DNA from: a virus
Strand: one strand, 5' to 3'
Virus record (IMG/VR): IMGVR_UViG_3300019757_000093
Location: 1 to 64,000 of that record
DNA length: 64,000 bases
Shown: piece after piece, positions 49,894 through 60,597 of the stretch
Position numbering within the stretch: position 1 is the stretch's first letter
How the letters are laid out: each line of letters opens with the position of its first letter
Position numbers and translations under genes: made by a program
The notes under the pieces: model-generated
What the model was told of the DNA's origin: nothing
What the model saw: the letters and a program-made list of their open reading frames with translations, nothing else
The model's database searches: none

Positions 49894-51114
49894 ATGGATA
49901 TTAATATAAAAAATATAATAAGTATTACTAATGAAGATTTAGTTTATGAAAAAGATACTACTATTACTCAGATGAATAAGAACTCATCTGGGACTTTAGG
50001 TAACTTATTAGAAAAAGTAAGAATACCTACTAAAGATATAGTACTAGGTAGAATTAATAGAGTTGACTTTATACCATTAATAAAAGAGGGGATTCCAACT
50101 TGGAAATTCGATACTAGAAGTTATTTTGATAGTGGTTTCCCAGATGAAATAGAGTTATTCATGACTTTATATTATAAAGAAAATAAAGAAGATAGAAGTT
50201 ATACTATCCAAAGAATATTTAAAGATACTGAATTTATAATAGATCTAAGTACTATAGATAAGGACATAAAATCCCTAGAAAAGTTAGATATTAAAATTGG
50301 TACCAAATTTCAAAATAAAGAAGATTATTTTTATAGAACATGTGATTTAAAAAAGATAGAGAGTAGTTTTTATTTATATGATTACTATATTAGAGAAGTA
50401 CCTATTCCAGCTTTTCAATTAAATAATATATCTTCTTTACCAAATCATTTAAAAAATAAAAGCACTAAATTATTAGAAACTATTAATCAATTTAAATTAC
50501 CTAATCTAAATAAAGTACCATTAAATAAATTCTCGGAAAGAATTTATATTTATGATATTCCTTATTTTGAAGACGGTTTAGTTGAATCGTGGAATAGTGC
50601 CTTAGTACCAGAGTTTCAATCTGGGTTAACACGCTATCTTAATAAAACGAAATTTAGTAAAATTGGGGAAGAGCAAATATTTATTAGAACTCCTAAATTA
50701 CCAGATGATAATCCAGGTAATGAATATAACTATTATATTTATATGGATGATAACTTCTATAATATAGCTATAGCTATATCTAGCAACCAGCTAATTAAAA
50801 AATTTCAAAGCGAAATAAATAGGGATCTGTCTTTATTTGTAAAAGAAATATTTTTGAGAGAAACGGATATTTATGGAATTGATATTGGTACAATGAAACT
50901 ATCTTTTATTAAATACAAAAGATTAAGTACTTCTGATTTAAATGTAGTTTATTTTGTACCAGTACGATGTAAGGTACAACCATTAAATTATGGAGCTGTG
51001 GAATATTCCCCACCCGTAGTAAATATGCTTGGAAATACACAAACCATTATTCATAAGACTGGAATCTTTTCAGCTGGAATGGGGTCTGTATTCTATTTTG
51101 CTAAACAAAAGTAA
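49894..51114 (+). CDS. hypothetical protein (structural region)
   Basis: 406 aa, GGAGG RBS. Confidence 0.7.
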   Translation: MDINIKNIISITNEDLVYEKDTTITQMNKNSSGTLGNLLEKVRIPTKDIVLGRINRVDFIPLIKEGIPTWKFDTRSYFDSGFPDEIELFMTLYYKENKEDRSYTIQRIFKDTEFIIDLSTIDKDIKSLEKLDIKIGTKFQNKEDYFYRTCDLKKIESSFYLYDYYIREVPIPAFQLNNISSLPNHLKNKSTKLLETINQFKLPNLNKVPLNKFSERIYIYDIPYFEDGLVESWNSALVPEFQSGLTRYLNKTKFSKIGEEQIFIRTPKLPDDNPGNEYNYYIYMDDNFYNIAIAISSNQLIKKFQSEINRDLSLFVKEIFLRETDIYGIDIGTMKLSFIKYKRLSTSDLNVVYFVPVRCKVQPLNYGAVEYSPPVVNMLGNTQTIIHKTGIFSAGMGSVFYFAKQK

Positions 51115-51148
51115 ATAATTAAGATATAAAGATATTAAAAAAGAAAGG

Positions 51149-53101
51149 ATGCCTATGAGCACACTAGGAGGTAGTATAATTACTACAGCAGGTTTAAACG
51201 CCTTAGTTGAAACTGGATCAAGTATTGTTCCAAAATATTTCAAATTCAGTTCTCAAGATCTATCGTTAGATGCTGATCTAACGGAAGATGATTTTACTGG
51301 TTGGATAGAACAAGATATTAATTTATATCAAAAAATAGATGATAGTACGATAGAATTTGTCTGTGACGTTCTTCCCGATATAGCTACAGAAAATACATCA
51401 GTATGTGGATTATTTTTAGAAGATGGTACATTATTTATGTTGGCGAAAGCCCCAAATATATTCCCATCGGATTTAAGACAAACCTTCAGAATTCAATTAG
51501 TATATGAAAATGTAGATGCGGTAGTAGATTTTAAATATATAGATTTAAGTAATACTGATATTAAATTTGATGAAGTGCGGGAAGAAATAATAGTGCTTCG
51601 AGCTGAAATTGCATCCGATATAGCTACAGCAGTAAGTACTTTAGAAATAAAAGTAGATAATAACGCTGGAGATATATCGAATTTAGGATTAGAAGATGTT
51701 GCTTTAAATTCAAGAATAGATTCATTAACTACGGTAGTTCAGGATAATAAAAATACTTTAGATACTAAAGATATTGAACAAGATACTAGAATGGATAATA
51801 TTGAAAGTAATTCTAGTATTAGAATTACCTTAGAAGATAATTTATTAAATGGACTTAGAACTGATCTTGATGCAGAGATAGCCGATACAGACGATAAACT
51901 TAGAATTATTACTGACGATATAGAAGTACTTAGATTAAATTCAGGTGGGGATACTATTGATTATACAAATTTAATTAATGGAAATAAAGATTTGGCTGAT
52001 GATGAATTCAGGGTTATTACCGAGAATATTGAAAATATAGAGGCTACTTTATCTAGTAATTCCGGAACTATTACTTCTTTAGAAACTACATTAAATAATA
52101 ATAAAGCTTCTTTAGATACGAATATTAATATATTAAGAAATGATTTAAATGATGAAATAGCTTCTACTAATACGGAGATAACTACTCTTACTAATAATTT
52201 AAATACTAACGTAAGTAATCTACAAACAAGCATTATTAATAATACTAATGCTATTGCTTTATTAGAATCAAATGATGGTGGGGCATTACAAACAGAATTA
52301 ACTTTATTAACTGAAACAGTTATTACTAATAATAATAAGGCGATTCTAAGAAATACATCAACTAGAGAATATATAGATACTGAAATAGCTATAGTTGATA
52401 ATAAAACTAGTATAACTGAAACTAGTATTAATAATCTAAATAATTCATTAAATATATTAGATACGACAGTTACTGATTTAGGTACTTTACAGAATGATAA
52501 TAATATAGCAAGAATACAAGAAATTGCCTCTATTAATTCTATCTTAAGTACAGTACCAAGTGGGGAAGAATTAACTATTGTGGTTTCAAATGTATATAAA
52601 GCAGTGGAAGATATTGAAGCTCATACTGTATTAATAGATGATAATACAGCCTCGATATCTAATATAGATACTAGTAAATGGGATCATGCTAGAACAATTA
52701 CTCTTAGCGGAGATTTATCAGGAAATGTATCTATAGATGGTAGTTCAGATGTAACACTTAATGCTACGTTTGAAGGGGAAACATTACCAGCTGGTGGTAC
52801 AATAGGACAGGTACTTACAAATAGTGGTCCTGGAATTGGATCTTGGATCGATGCACCAAATATCAGTAAAGTTAAATATGAACAATCTATTAATAGTAAT
52901 GGGGAATATAGTATTACAGTTCCAGATCCAGAAAATGTTATAGTAAATGTTATGGTTCTTGATCCAGATTCTGGAAGTCCAACTTATAATAGATATATTA
53001 ACGCAGAAGCTGTTTCAGTTATTAGTCTTACTTCAACTCAAGTAAAGGTTAATAATTTATACGAAATGGCTTTAATGTTTAAAATTCTAATCTGGAGCTA
53101 A
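51149..53101 (+). CDS. tail fibre with tail-collar (DUF3751-like) N-terminus and long coiled coil
   Basis: ITTAGL..CGLFLEDGTLF; ARTITLSGDLSGNVSIDGS; LPAGGTIGQVL. Confidence 0.8.
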   Translation: MPMSTLGGSIITTAGLNALVETGSSIVPKYFKFSSQDLSLDADLTEDDFTGWIEQDINLYQKIDDSTIEFVCDVLPDIATENTSVCGLFLEDGTLFMLAKAPNIFPSDLRQTFRIQLVYENVDAVVDFKYIDLSNTDIKFDEVREEIIVLRAEIASDIATAVSTLEIKVDNNAGDISNLGLEDVALNSRIDSLTTVVQDNKNTLDTKDIEQDTRMDNIESNSSIRITLEDNLLNGLRTDLDAEIADTDDKLRIITDDIEVLRLNSGGDTIDYTNLINGNKDLADDEFRVITENIENIEATLSSNSGTITSLETTLNNNKASLDTNINILRNDLNDEIASTNTEITTLTNNLNTNVSNLQTSIINNTNAIALLESNDGGALQTELTLLTETVITNNNKAILRNTSTREYIDTEIAIVDNKTSITETSINNLNNSLNILDTTVTDLGTLQNDNNIARIQEIASINSILSTVPSGEELTIVVSNVYKAVEDIEAHTVLIDDNTASISNIDTSKWDHARTITLSGDLSGNVSIDGSSDVTLNATFEGETLPAGGTIGQVLTNSGPGIGSWIDAPNISKVKYEQSINSNGEYSITVPDPENVIVNVMVLDPDSGSPTYNRYINAEAVSVISLTSTQVKVNNLYEMALMFKILIWS

Positions 53102-53102
53102 T

Positions 53103-54590
53103 ATGGCAGGTGAATTAATTAATTTAAATCCCGGTCCAAGTATATATCCAAATAATTCTTTATCCTTAACTGGGACAAAAGATCCAGAGGTACAAAGTAT
53201 TATATATACTACTAATGGGGATAGTCCAACCTTAGCAAAATATATAGCTTATGATACTTTAAATCCACCTAATCCTTTTATTGCTACTGTTCAAGATGGT
53301 AGGGGTAATGTAATTTTTGATGGTGGTTTTCCTAAATGGTATGATATCTATTGGAATTCGGCTTCATCATTTAGTGCTTTAAATGCCTCATGTAAATATT
53401 TATATAATGGTATAAAATTTATAGCCAATAAAGAAAAAGAAGCCAATGGTAATAAAAAAATATTAGTTCTTGGAGATGCTGATTCAGGGGCAGGTTATAA
53501 TATTATGCAAGGTGGTTCTCATAATTTTCATAATACTTTAAGTGGAGTAGGTTCTTTAGCTGGATACGATTTAGTTTTTAAAACTAGATCTAGTTATGGT
53601 AGTGTTTTAGATCCATCTTATACCGAGTTAGATCAATATGTTGCTTGTATCTTTTTTAGTACTGTATATACTGATTCTCAACTTATTACCGATACAGCTA
53701 TTTCTAATTTTGGGGCCTTTCGAGAGGCTGGAAATGGTATTTTCTTTATTACTGATCATGGAACTGGGCACGGACCTGGTACTACTGGTTTTTATAGTAC
53801 AGCGAATTATGTTATGACTCAATTTGGGGCATACTTCGAAGGAAATTTTACTAGAAGTCCAGTTAATGTTGGTTTCTTACGAGCTAATTATGGAGACCAT
53901 CCTTTATATAATAATCTGGATGATTCCGAGTATATACATGCTGGTGGTTCAGAATCAAAAGTATTTGTAACTGAATATACTAAATATACTTCTCCGCCTA
54001 ATATTACAATTTCGGGAGAGGGTTATCATAATGTACGATTTTTATTACAATTGCAAAATGGTGAAATTATTACTGAATCATATACTTATGGTTTACAAGT
54101 ACCAGAGCTCGTTGATTTTAAAGATTATACTGGTACTGTAATAAGCGATCCAGAACCAACACTATTAAATCATTATCGATTAAATTTTACTTTAAATCAT
54201 GATACTTATCCAGTTATATCTGGTCTTATTAAAAATGGGGATGTTGTAAAAGGAACCTTTAGTAGTAATTCATTTCAGAATGGTATAGCTAGTGTTTCTT
54301 GGTTAGAGGGTAATGATAATATATTTTTAAATGATGGTAATAAAGTAACCGTTCAAGTTCAGACTCCCTTTTCTTATTTTAAAAATATAGATTCGGGTAG
54401 AGTTTATGTTCCTAGAAATGGAGTTTCTTTAGCTAGAAATATACAAAGCTTAAATCAATTAGAACTACATGGAAATCCTTTTAAATTATTAAGTAATTCT
54501 GATAATAATTTAATTTTTCCATCTACTGTTAGCTTACCATTTAAATTAAATAAATTATATAATACTCTTACTGATAATGTAGATGTATAA
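53103..54590 (+). CDS. tail-associated protein with GATase-like fold domain
   Basis: IIYTTNGDSPT start; KKILVLGD..ELDQY..FREAGNGIFFITDHG; follows fibre gene. Confidence 0.5.
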   Translation: MAGELINLNPGPSIYPNNSLSLTGTKDPEVQSIIYTTNGDSPTLAKYIAYDTLNPPNPFIATVQDGRGNVIFDGGFPKWYDIYWNSASSFSALNASCKYLYNGIKFIANKEKEANGNKKILVLGDADSGAGYNIMQGGSHNFHNTLSGVGSLAGYDLVFKTRSSYGSVLDPSYTELDQYVACIFFSTVYTDSQLITDTAISNFGAFREAGNGIFFITDHGTGHGPGTTGFYSTANYVMTQFGAYFEGNFTRSPVNVGFLRANYGDHPLYNNLDDSEYIHAGGSESKVFVTEYTKYTSPPNITISGEGYHNVRFLLQLQNGEIITESYTYGLQVPELVDFKDYTGTVISDPEPTLLNHYRLNFTLNHDTYPVISGLIKNGDVVKGTFSSNSFQNGIASVSWLEGNDNIFLNDGNKVTVQVQTPFSYFKNIDSGRVYVPRNGVSLARNIQSLNQLELHGNPFKLLSNSDNNLIFPSTVSLPFKLNKLYNTLTDNVDV

Positions 54591-54622
54591 TTATATGAAA
54601 GAAGAGGCTAATAATAGTATCC

Positions 54623-54634
54623 AACAAAGATATA
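54623..54634 (+). promoter_or_regulatory. candidate late promoter
   Basis: AACA-AAGATA-TA. Confidence 0.6.
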
Positions 54635-54655
54635 TTATAAAATTAAAGGAAAATT

Positions 54656-55816
54656 ATGAGTATTTATGAAGGGAGTGTATTAACTAATCGGTGTATAGAT
54701 AAGATTACTAAAACCGATGAAAAATTAGTACCAAAATATTTCAAATTTAGTTCCGATAAAAAAATAATTCATGCAGACTTTGAAGATAAAGATCTCAAAG
54801 ATTGGTATTCTGGTGATATTACTTCTTGTCTTATGACAGGAAATGATAGAATAGAATTTACTTGTGAAGTTCCAAGAGAAAAAGCAAAAAAAAGTACTAA
54901 TCTCTGTGGTTTATATCTAGAAGATGGATCATTATTTATGGTGGCAAGGGTTAAATACCCTATACCATCTAAATTGAAACAGAAATTTAAGATAAAACTA
55001 ACACATAAGAATATTTTGGATCGAATGGATTTAAAATATATTATTCAACAAAAAATAGATAATGATCAAATTTTTAATAAAGATAATTTACCTGACTTTA
55101 ATAGTTATTTAAATACATCTCATGATTTAAAAAAGAAAAAAGAATCTAAGTATAATGATGATAATGATGATTCTAATATATACAAAAATAAATCACCTAA
55201 ACCACCTAAATCTAAGCATGTTGAAGATAAATATCATGATAAGAATAATAAATATCAAATAACTAAATATCATTTTCATAAGAAACATATTCATGATGAT
55301 GAACTTTGTGAGTACAGAGACGAAGAGGATCATGAAGATAAATATCAAACTACTAATTATCATTTTCATGATAAGCATGTTCATAACGATATCCTATGCG
55401 ATTATAGAGACAATGATCAGGACGATGATGATGATTGCGACGATAATAAAGAAATAAATTGTACATGTGGAGAAACTCCAGATCCAGAATGCGATTTCCA
55501 TTACGGACATGGTCACGGACATGGTCATCACGATGCTGATTGTGGTGAAGATTTAGCTCGTACTGGAACATTGGTACCATATTGTGAGAGGGACATTCTT
55601 ATAGTAGGTAACAAATTCATAAGCAAGTATATACCTGAAGACATTGGTAGTTATTGTGTTAATAATACAATAGAGATTATGTATGATGACGAAGAATTAG
55701 GTTGTTTGTATGATGCGTATTACGATATCATTTTTCATGATGGAGAATGGATCTTAAATACATTTGAATATGATGGAGCGAAAGCTACGGTAACATATTT
55801 TCATAGAGTTCTTTAA
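54656..55816 (+). CDS. tail-collar-domain paralog with His/Asp/Cys-rich centre
   Basis: N-terminus aligns with 51149 product (VPKYFKFSS, IEFxC, CGLxLEDGxLFMxA); HFH, HIH, HVH, HGHGHGHH. Confidence 0.7.
   Translation: MSIYEGSVLTNRCIDKITKTDEKLVPKYFKFSSDKKIIHADFEDKDLKDWYSGDITSCLMTGNDRIEFTCEVPREKAKKSTNLCGLYLEDGSLFMVARVKYPIPSKLKQKFKIKLTHKNILDRMDLKYIIQQKIDNDQIFNKDNLPDFNSYLNTSHDLKKKKESKYNDDNDDSNIYKNKSPKPPKSKHVEDKYHDKNNKYQITKYHFHKKHIHDDELCEYRDEEDHEDKYQTTNYHFHDKHVHNDILCDYRDNDQDDDDDCDDNKEINCTCGETPDPECDFHYGHGHGHGHHDADCGEDLARTGTLVPYCERDILIVGNKFISKYIPEDIGSYCVNNTIEIMYDDEELGCLYDAYYDIIFHDGEWILNTFEYDGAKATVTYFHRVL
55249..55411 (+). repeat. intragenic tandem duplication, period 90 nt
   Basis: KYQITKYHFHKKHIHDDELCEYRD / KYQTTNYHFHDKHVHNDILCDYRD. 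Confidence 0.8.
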
Positions 55817-55896
55817 TTTATTAAAGACTCGATAGTCCCCCTGACAATAACTGGTATCCATAGGATATAAAGGATTTTATTTAATTAAGGATTTTT

Positions 55897-57456
55897 ATGG
55901 CATTCCAAGGTTTAAAAATTAGACATAAAAAATCGATTGCTGGTTTAACTCAAGAACTAGCAGGTATGGTATTAGCGACTAGTACAGAAGTTGCAAGAGC
56001 GCAAGCTGCTGAAGCTCAATTAGGTTCAGACATTGCTGCTGAAGCTGCAAGAGCCCAAGGTGTTGAAGGTTCATTAGGTAACTTAGTTACTGAGAACAAG
56101 ACGTCATTAGTTAATAGTATCAATGAATTGCATCAAGATGCTATCAATGAAAAAGCTTTCAAAGATACTTCTCTTTCTGCTGTAAATACTAGAATTGATA
56201 CAGAAATTAATGATAGAACTGCTGGAGATTTAAATCTTCAAAATCAAATTAATTTACTAGAAACTGCAAGTGGTGGAGATACTGCTGCTCTTCAAACTGC
56301 ATTAGCAGATGAAATTGCTAGAGCAACTACAGCGGAACAAGCAAATGGCGCTGCTATTACTTCTGAAGTAGGTACTAGAATTTCTGAAATTACTAGAGTT
56401 GAGGGGTTAATTTCTCAAGAGGCTACTAATAGAACTAATGAAGATTTAGCTATTGATGGAAGACTTGATATTATTGAAGCTGGTATGACTGCTGGTACAT
56501 TATGGAAAGGTTCTGTTGAAAATGTATCTGACTTAGATGGTTTGGATGAATCGGCTCAAGTTGATGGTTTTGCTTACTCAGTAACATCTCAAAATGATGC
56601 CTATGTATATACTTCTACAAGTGCGGGCGATTACCAACCTGTAGGATATACTGGTGGATTTATTAAGTTTGCTGACTTTACAGAAATTTCTCAATTAGTT
56701 AACGGAGAAGAAGCTAGAGCTGTTGCAGCTGAAGGTGTTCTTACTACTGCATTAGCTAATGAAATTGCTGATAGAGTTGCTGCTGATGCTGCTCATACTC
56801 AACTTATTACTGACGAAGTTACTAGAAGTACTGCTGAAGATGCAACTTTAAATGCTGCATTAGCTGCCGAGGTTACTGCTAGAGAAAATGGAGATACAAA
56901 TCTTCAAACTCAAATTGATAACTTAGGTGGAACAACAGGTGCTGCGGATGCTATCCAAGATTCTAGACTTGACGTAATCGAAGGTGATTATACAGTTGCT
57001 GGTTCAGTTGAGAAAGCTCTTTTTGATGCTAAAGCATATGCTGATACAGAAAAATTAGCTAAATCTATGAACTTAGCCGACGTCGCTGATGTACCTGCTG
57101 CAAGAATTAATCTTGACGTAATGAGTACTTCTGAAATTTCAGAAGCTATTAGATTAGGTGGATCTGTTCCAATTTTCGATACAGTTGTTGTATCAGGAGA
57201 TAAAGTAACATTTACTGAAGTACCTAAAAATGGTGTTATCTTTGGTGGTGTTATCGAAGTTGAGTATACAGAAAATGGATACATGATTACAGATAGAGTT
57301 ACTGCTAATCCAGATCCAGCGGATGCTACAGGTAAAGTTTTCATCTTAGACGTTGAAACTTCTAACATGTATGATACAAACGAAGCTTCTGCTACATATA
57401 TTTATGTTGAAGACGCATCTGGTATTGATGGTGGAGTTGATGGAAGTACTATCTAA
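55897..57456 (+). CDS. coiled-coil fibre/whisker protein
   Basis: Recurrent E..RA..AE..L and E...R...D..LQ units; K..NLADV.D..AAR.NL fibre motif; high-expression codons. Confidence 0.75.
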   Translation: MAFQGLKIRHKKSIAGLTQELAGMVLATSTEVARAQAAEAQLGSDIAAEAARAQGVEGSLGNLVTENKTSLVNSINELHQDAINEKAFKDTSLSAVNTRIDTEINDRTAGDLNLQNQINLLETASGGDTAALQTALADEIARATTAEQANGAAITSEVGTRISEITRVEGLISQEATNRTNEDLAIDGRLDIIEAGMTAGTLWKGSVENVSDLDGLDESAQVDGFAYSVTSQNDAYVYTSTSAGDYQPVGYTGGFIKFADFTEISQLVNGEEARAVAAEGVLTTALANEIADRVAADAAHTQLITDEVTRSTAEDATLNAALAAEVTARENGDTNLQTQIDNLGGTTGAADAIQDSRLDVIEGDYTVAGSVEKALFDAKAYADTEKLAKSMNLADVADVPAARINLDVMSTSEISEAIRLGGSVPIFDTVVVSGDKVTFTEVPKNGVIFGGVIEVEYTENGYMITDRVTANPDPADATGKVFILDVETSNMYDTNEASATYIYVEDASGIDGGVDGSTI

Positions 57457-57471
57457 TCGATAGTTCAACCT

Positions 57472-57512
57472 ATATTTAGATAAGGATAAACCTTATCTAA
57501 ATATTCCTGTCG
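57472..57512 (+). terminator. hairpin + TTCCTGTC element
   Basis: ATATTTAGATAAGG-ATAAA-CCTTATCTAAATAT TCCTGTCG. Confidence 0.75.
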
Positions 57513-57526
57513 CTCAAATTCATAAG

Positions 57527-57538
57527 AACTAAAAATTA
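57527..57538 (+). promoter_or_regulatory. candidate late promoter
   Basis: AACT-AAAAAT-TA. Confidence 0.65.
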
Positions 57539-57558
57539 TAAAAATAAAAGGAATACCT

Positions 57559-58182
57559 ATGGAAAAAATTATATTTGAAGAAGACAAATTATGTTCATCT
57601 TCTTTTAATAAAAGAATTGCTAAAGAACTAGACTATAAAAAAGTTAAAGTTTTTATTGGTGGAATTAAGTACAAGTTACTTAAAGTAGAGTTTGCTATTA
57701 GTGCAACTGAAATGGATACTGGTTATCATTTAATTGATACTAAGACAAATGAATTATTATCTTCTGAAGTTTACGATGGACCAGGAAGTATTTATTTAGA
57801 TTACCAAGATGAGATAGAAAGTATTCAAATTGGGAAGAAAATGTATTTTCCAGGAAGTTATCAAAAGAAAGACGTACTTAAATTATTTGAAGATGGTTTT
57901 GATATTTATTTATTAATAGATACATTTCCTCAATTAAATGGTAAGCAAATGGCACAAAAATTTAAAGACCTTCAAAAATTAGAATGGTGTAAAGTAGCTA
58001 AAATAAATAAAGCATTTATCGGATCCCCGTTTGCTTATGTACTTACTACTGTAAGAACTAGAATTCAATTACCATTTGAATTTAGAACACTTAAAGAATT
58101 AGAACAGAATAATATTTCCGTGGTTTCCGCTATTAGAAATGAAAATAATTTATTAGTAGAATTAAGAGAAGTAAATAAGTAA
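57559..58182 (+). CDS. hypothetical protein
   Basis: 207 aa, AAGGA RBS. Confidence 0.7.
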   Translation: MEKIIFEEDKLCSSSFNKRIAKELDYKKVKVFIGGIKYKLLKVEFAISATEMDTGYHLIDTKTNELLSSEVYDGPGSIYLDYQDEIESIQIGKKMYFPGSYQKKDVLKLFEDGFDIYLLIDTFPQLNGKQMAQKFKDLQKLEWCKVAKINKAFIGSPFAYVLTTVRTRIQLPFEFRTLKELEQNNISVVSAIRNENNLLVELREVNK

Positions 58183-58189
58183 AATAATT

Positions 58190-58214
58190 AAATCCCTTCG
58201 GGGATTTTCCTGTC
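58190..58214 (+). terminator. hairpin + TTCCTGTC element
   Basis: AAATCCC-TTCG-GGGATTT TCCTGTC. Confidence 0.75.
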
Positions 58215-58228
58215 CCAGATTAACGAAG

Positions 58229-58240
58229 AACTAAACCTTA
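58229..58240 (+). promoter_or_regulatory. candidate late promoter
   Basis: AACT-AAACCT-TA. Confidence 0.65.
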
Positions 58241-58259
58241 TAAAAATAAAGGAGAAACA

Positions 58260-60350
58260 ATGCCCAATATTATAACAGATGCTATAGTAGTACCAGCAGA
58301 AATATTTAATATTGTTCCAGAAATAGAAGATATGAGATCCTTTCCATATCCTGGAGCTATATTTAGTACCGCTCAATATATAGATAGATTTAGTATTTTT
58401 ATTACTTTTGAATTGAACCCAGTATCCTATTACGCTGATCAACCTCTTAGTATTAATAAAACCGATTTATCAGCAGACACTATATCTCAATTAGATTTAA
58501 CAGAATTTGGATTTGATGGAAAAGTATCTGACTTAGCTAATATAGAAGCCATTAAACAATTAACTGGTACTAATGTATTAAATGAAATGCAGAATTCCGT
58601 TAATATTATGGATAACCTAGAAGAGTTAAAAGCCAATCCATTAAACCAAGTAAGTTGTCCAGAATTAACTACAGAAGAACAATTAGAATTAGAAGAAGCT
58701 AATTTAATGACTACTGAGATTAGAGATACTGAAGGAAATGTAATTGAAACTATTCAAACTCAATTATCCGAACAGCCTTTTAGTTGTCCTAATAGTACGG
58801 ATCCAGCCGCCGAACTTACTGCCAATATATTAAATGGTTTAGTAATTCCTAGTGCAGATAATCCATTGGATACTAGTACCGAACCAGCAGTATGTCATAT
58901 TCCAGAAGGCCCTTATCAAGATATCGTTAAAGATGCTTTAACTACAGCGGAAGTACAAACTAATGTAACTACCCTTGATGTTAATAATATAACTAATAGT
59001 TTAACTGCGGTAGTAGATCGACAATTAGAACTTATTGGAAATAATACGGCTATTGATCCAGATACTGCAGAAGAAAACGTTGAAGTAATTAAAGATATGC
59101 TTGATGATGTTGAGTTGGTACAATACGGTATTCCAGTACTTGTTATTAATAAAGAATTAAATATTATTATTCAAATAGTCAATGGAGAATTACGAGTACT
59201 TAATTTTGATAAATTCATTACAGATATACCTGGATTAGAAATTCCAAATACCCCAAGTGGTTTTAAACCTAATATTTCTACATTAAATCCTGAATTAAAA
59301 ATTGATATAGTTGAGAACCCTGGCGCCAGAATTCTACCAGGTATTAAATATACTCTTATGTATTCTAGAAGATTTAATAATCATAAAATAGAATTACAAA
59401 GAGAATTTAAAGATGAAGTCTATCAGGCCGAAGCAGTTGCTGGTATAGATACTGGTATGTTTTATTTAGGTACAGATAAAGCTGGGTTAAAACATTTCTG
59501 TGGAAAATTTCACGATGTTCATTTAACTTTAGATGGTTCCGATTCAGTTCGAAATTATAATCGTCAAAATTCATTTATGAATGAAATTTATGGGGCATTA
59601 GCTTTTTACGATTTCTATAATCCAGGAGATTCTATTTCTAATCAAGCTCTTAGTAGAATTAAATTTAATAAAGTTTATCCTTATAAGAATATTACTAATG
59701 CTATTAGTATGAGAGGAGATTGGAAATTAGAAGATAGATTGACTAATAATTATACTTTTATGAATCATGGATTCATAGATGATATTTTCTGTAAAGATTT
59801 CTTCTTGAAAAAATCTTTTACTATTAGCGTATGGATTAATAAAAATAGAAGGTTAGATAATCCAGAGGATTTTCGATATAAAAAGAGACAAATGATTATA
59901 TCTGATAATATTAATGAGAATTATTTTTGGTATGATGAAAGCACATATGAATTTAATATTCAATTTCATGGTTTTCATTATCGAATGTTCTTTAATATTA
60001 TTCCTCAACTATGGAATATGGTAACGTTTAGATACTCAGCCGAACTTCAAAAGTTTTATTTAGATGTAAAAATTAAAACTAAAGATATAGATGGAATTTA
60101 TACAACTGAAACATTCTCGGAAGAATTTCAGTTAGACACCGATTTAGAAGTAGCTAATAAAAAAGAATTTAGATTACTTAATATTTTTGCAGAGTATATT
60201 TGGGATAAGAAAGAACATCAAAATATTTTTGATTGTTTAAGCGGTCCTATTATTCTTTACGATAATTTCCAAACTGATTTAATTATTAATAATAATTTTG
60301 AAAATCAATGGCCTGTGTTAGATGAGTACTTACTCTCTGGAATTTCATAG
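58260..60350 (+). CDS. virion protein with LamG-like domains
   Basis: FSIFITF, FYLGTD..FCGKFHDV, SFTISVWI, WNMVTFRY. Confidence 0.6.
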   Translation: MPNIITDAIVVPAEIFNIVPEIEDMRSFPYPGAIFSTAQYIDRFSIFITFELNPVSYYADQPLSINKTDLSADTISQLDLTEFGFDGKVSDLANIEAIKQLTGTNVLNEMQNSVNIMDNLEELKANPLNQVSCPELTTEEQLELEEANLMTTEIRDTEGNVIETIQTQLSEQPFSCPNSTDPAAELTANILNGLVIPSADNPLDTSTEPAVCHIPEGPYQDIVKDALTTAEVQTNVTTLDVNNITNSLTAVVDRQLELIGNNTAIDPDTAEENVEVIKDMLDDVELVQYGIPVLVINKELNIIIQIVNGELRVLNFDKFITDIPGLEIPNTPSGFKPNISTLNPELKIDIVENPGARILPGIKYTLMYSRRFNNHKIELQREFKDEVYQAEAVAGIDTGMFYLGTDKAGLKHFCGKFHDVHLTLDGSDSVRNYNRQNSFMNEIYGALAFYDFYNPGDSISNQALSRIKFNKVYPYKNITNAISMRGDWKLEDRLTNNYTFMNHGFIDDIFCKDFFLKKSFTISVWINKNRRLDNPEDFRYKKRQMIISDNINENYFWYDESTYEFNIQFHGFHYRMFFNIIPQLWNMVTFRYSAELQKFYLDVKIKTKDIDGIYTTETFSEEFQLDTDLEVANKKEFRLLNIFAEYIWDKKEHQNIFDCLSGPIILYDNFQTDLIINNNFENQWPVLDEYLLSGIS

Positions 60351-60352
60351 AA

Positions 60353-60400
60353 TTAGCTAATAGCTAGCTCACTATACTAAGCTAAACTATTATTAGCTAT
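60353..60400. repeat. AGCT-rich dispersed repeat, short form
   Basis: TTAGCTAATAGCTAGCTCACTATACTAAGCTAAACTATTATTAGCTAT. Confidence 0.9.
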
Positions 60401-60422
60401 TTAATTAAAAAAGGAATAAATA

Positions 60423-60596
60423 ATGATCGATAAGATTATGACCGAAGAAGAATTTTTAGAGGAATGTAAAATTTCTTCGGATAATGAAATACCAATAGAG
60501 AGGGTTACTTTTAGGGTAGAGACAGCAGAAATGATAGTTCAAACTTTTATGGAGTATATTGAAGAAGAAGATTTAGAACTTTCAGAGGCTTTATAA
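60423..60596 (+). CDS. 57-aa acidic microprotein (not in ORF track)
   Basis: AAGGAA RBS; MIDKIMTEEEFLEECKISSDNEIPIERVTFRVETAEMIVQTFMEYIEEEDLELSEAL. Confidence 0.65.
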   Translation: MIDKIMTEEEFLEECKISSDNEIPIERVTFRVETAEMIVQTFMEYIEEEDLELSEAL

Positions 60597-60597
60597 T

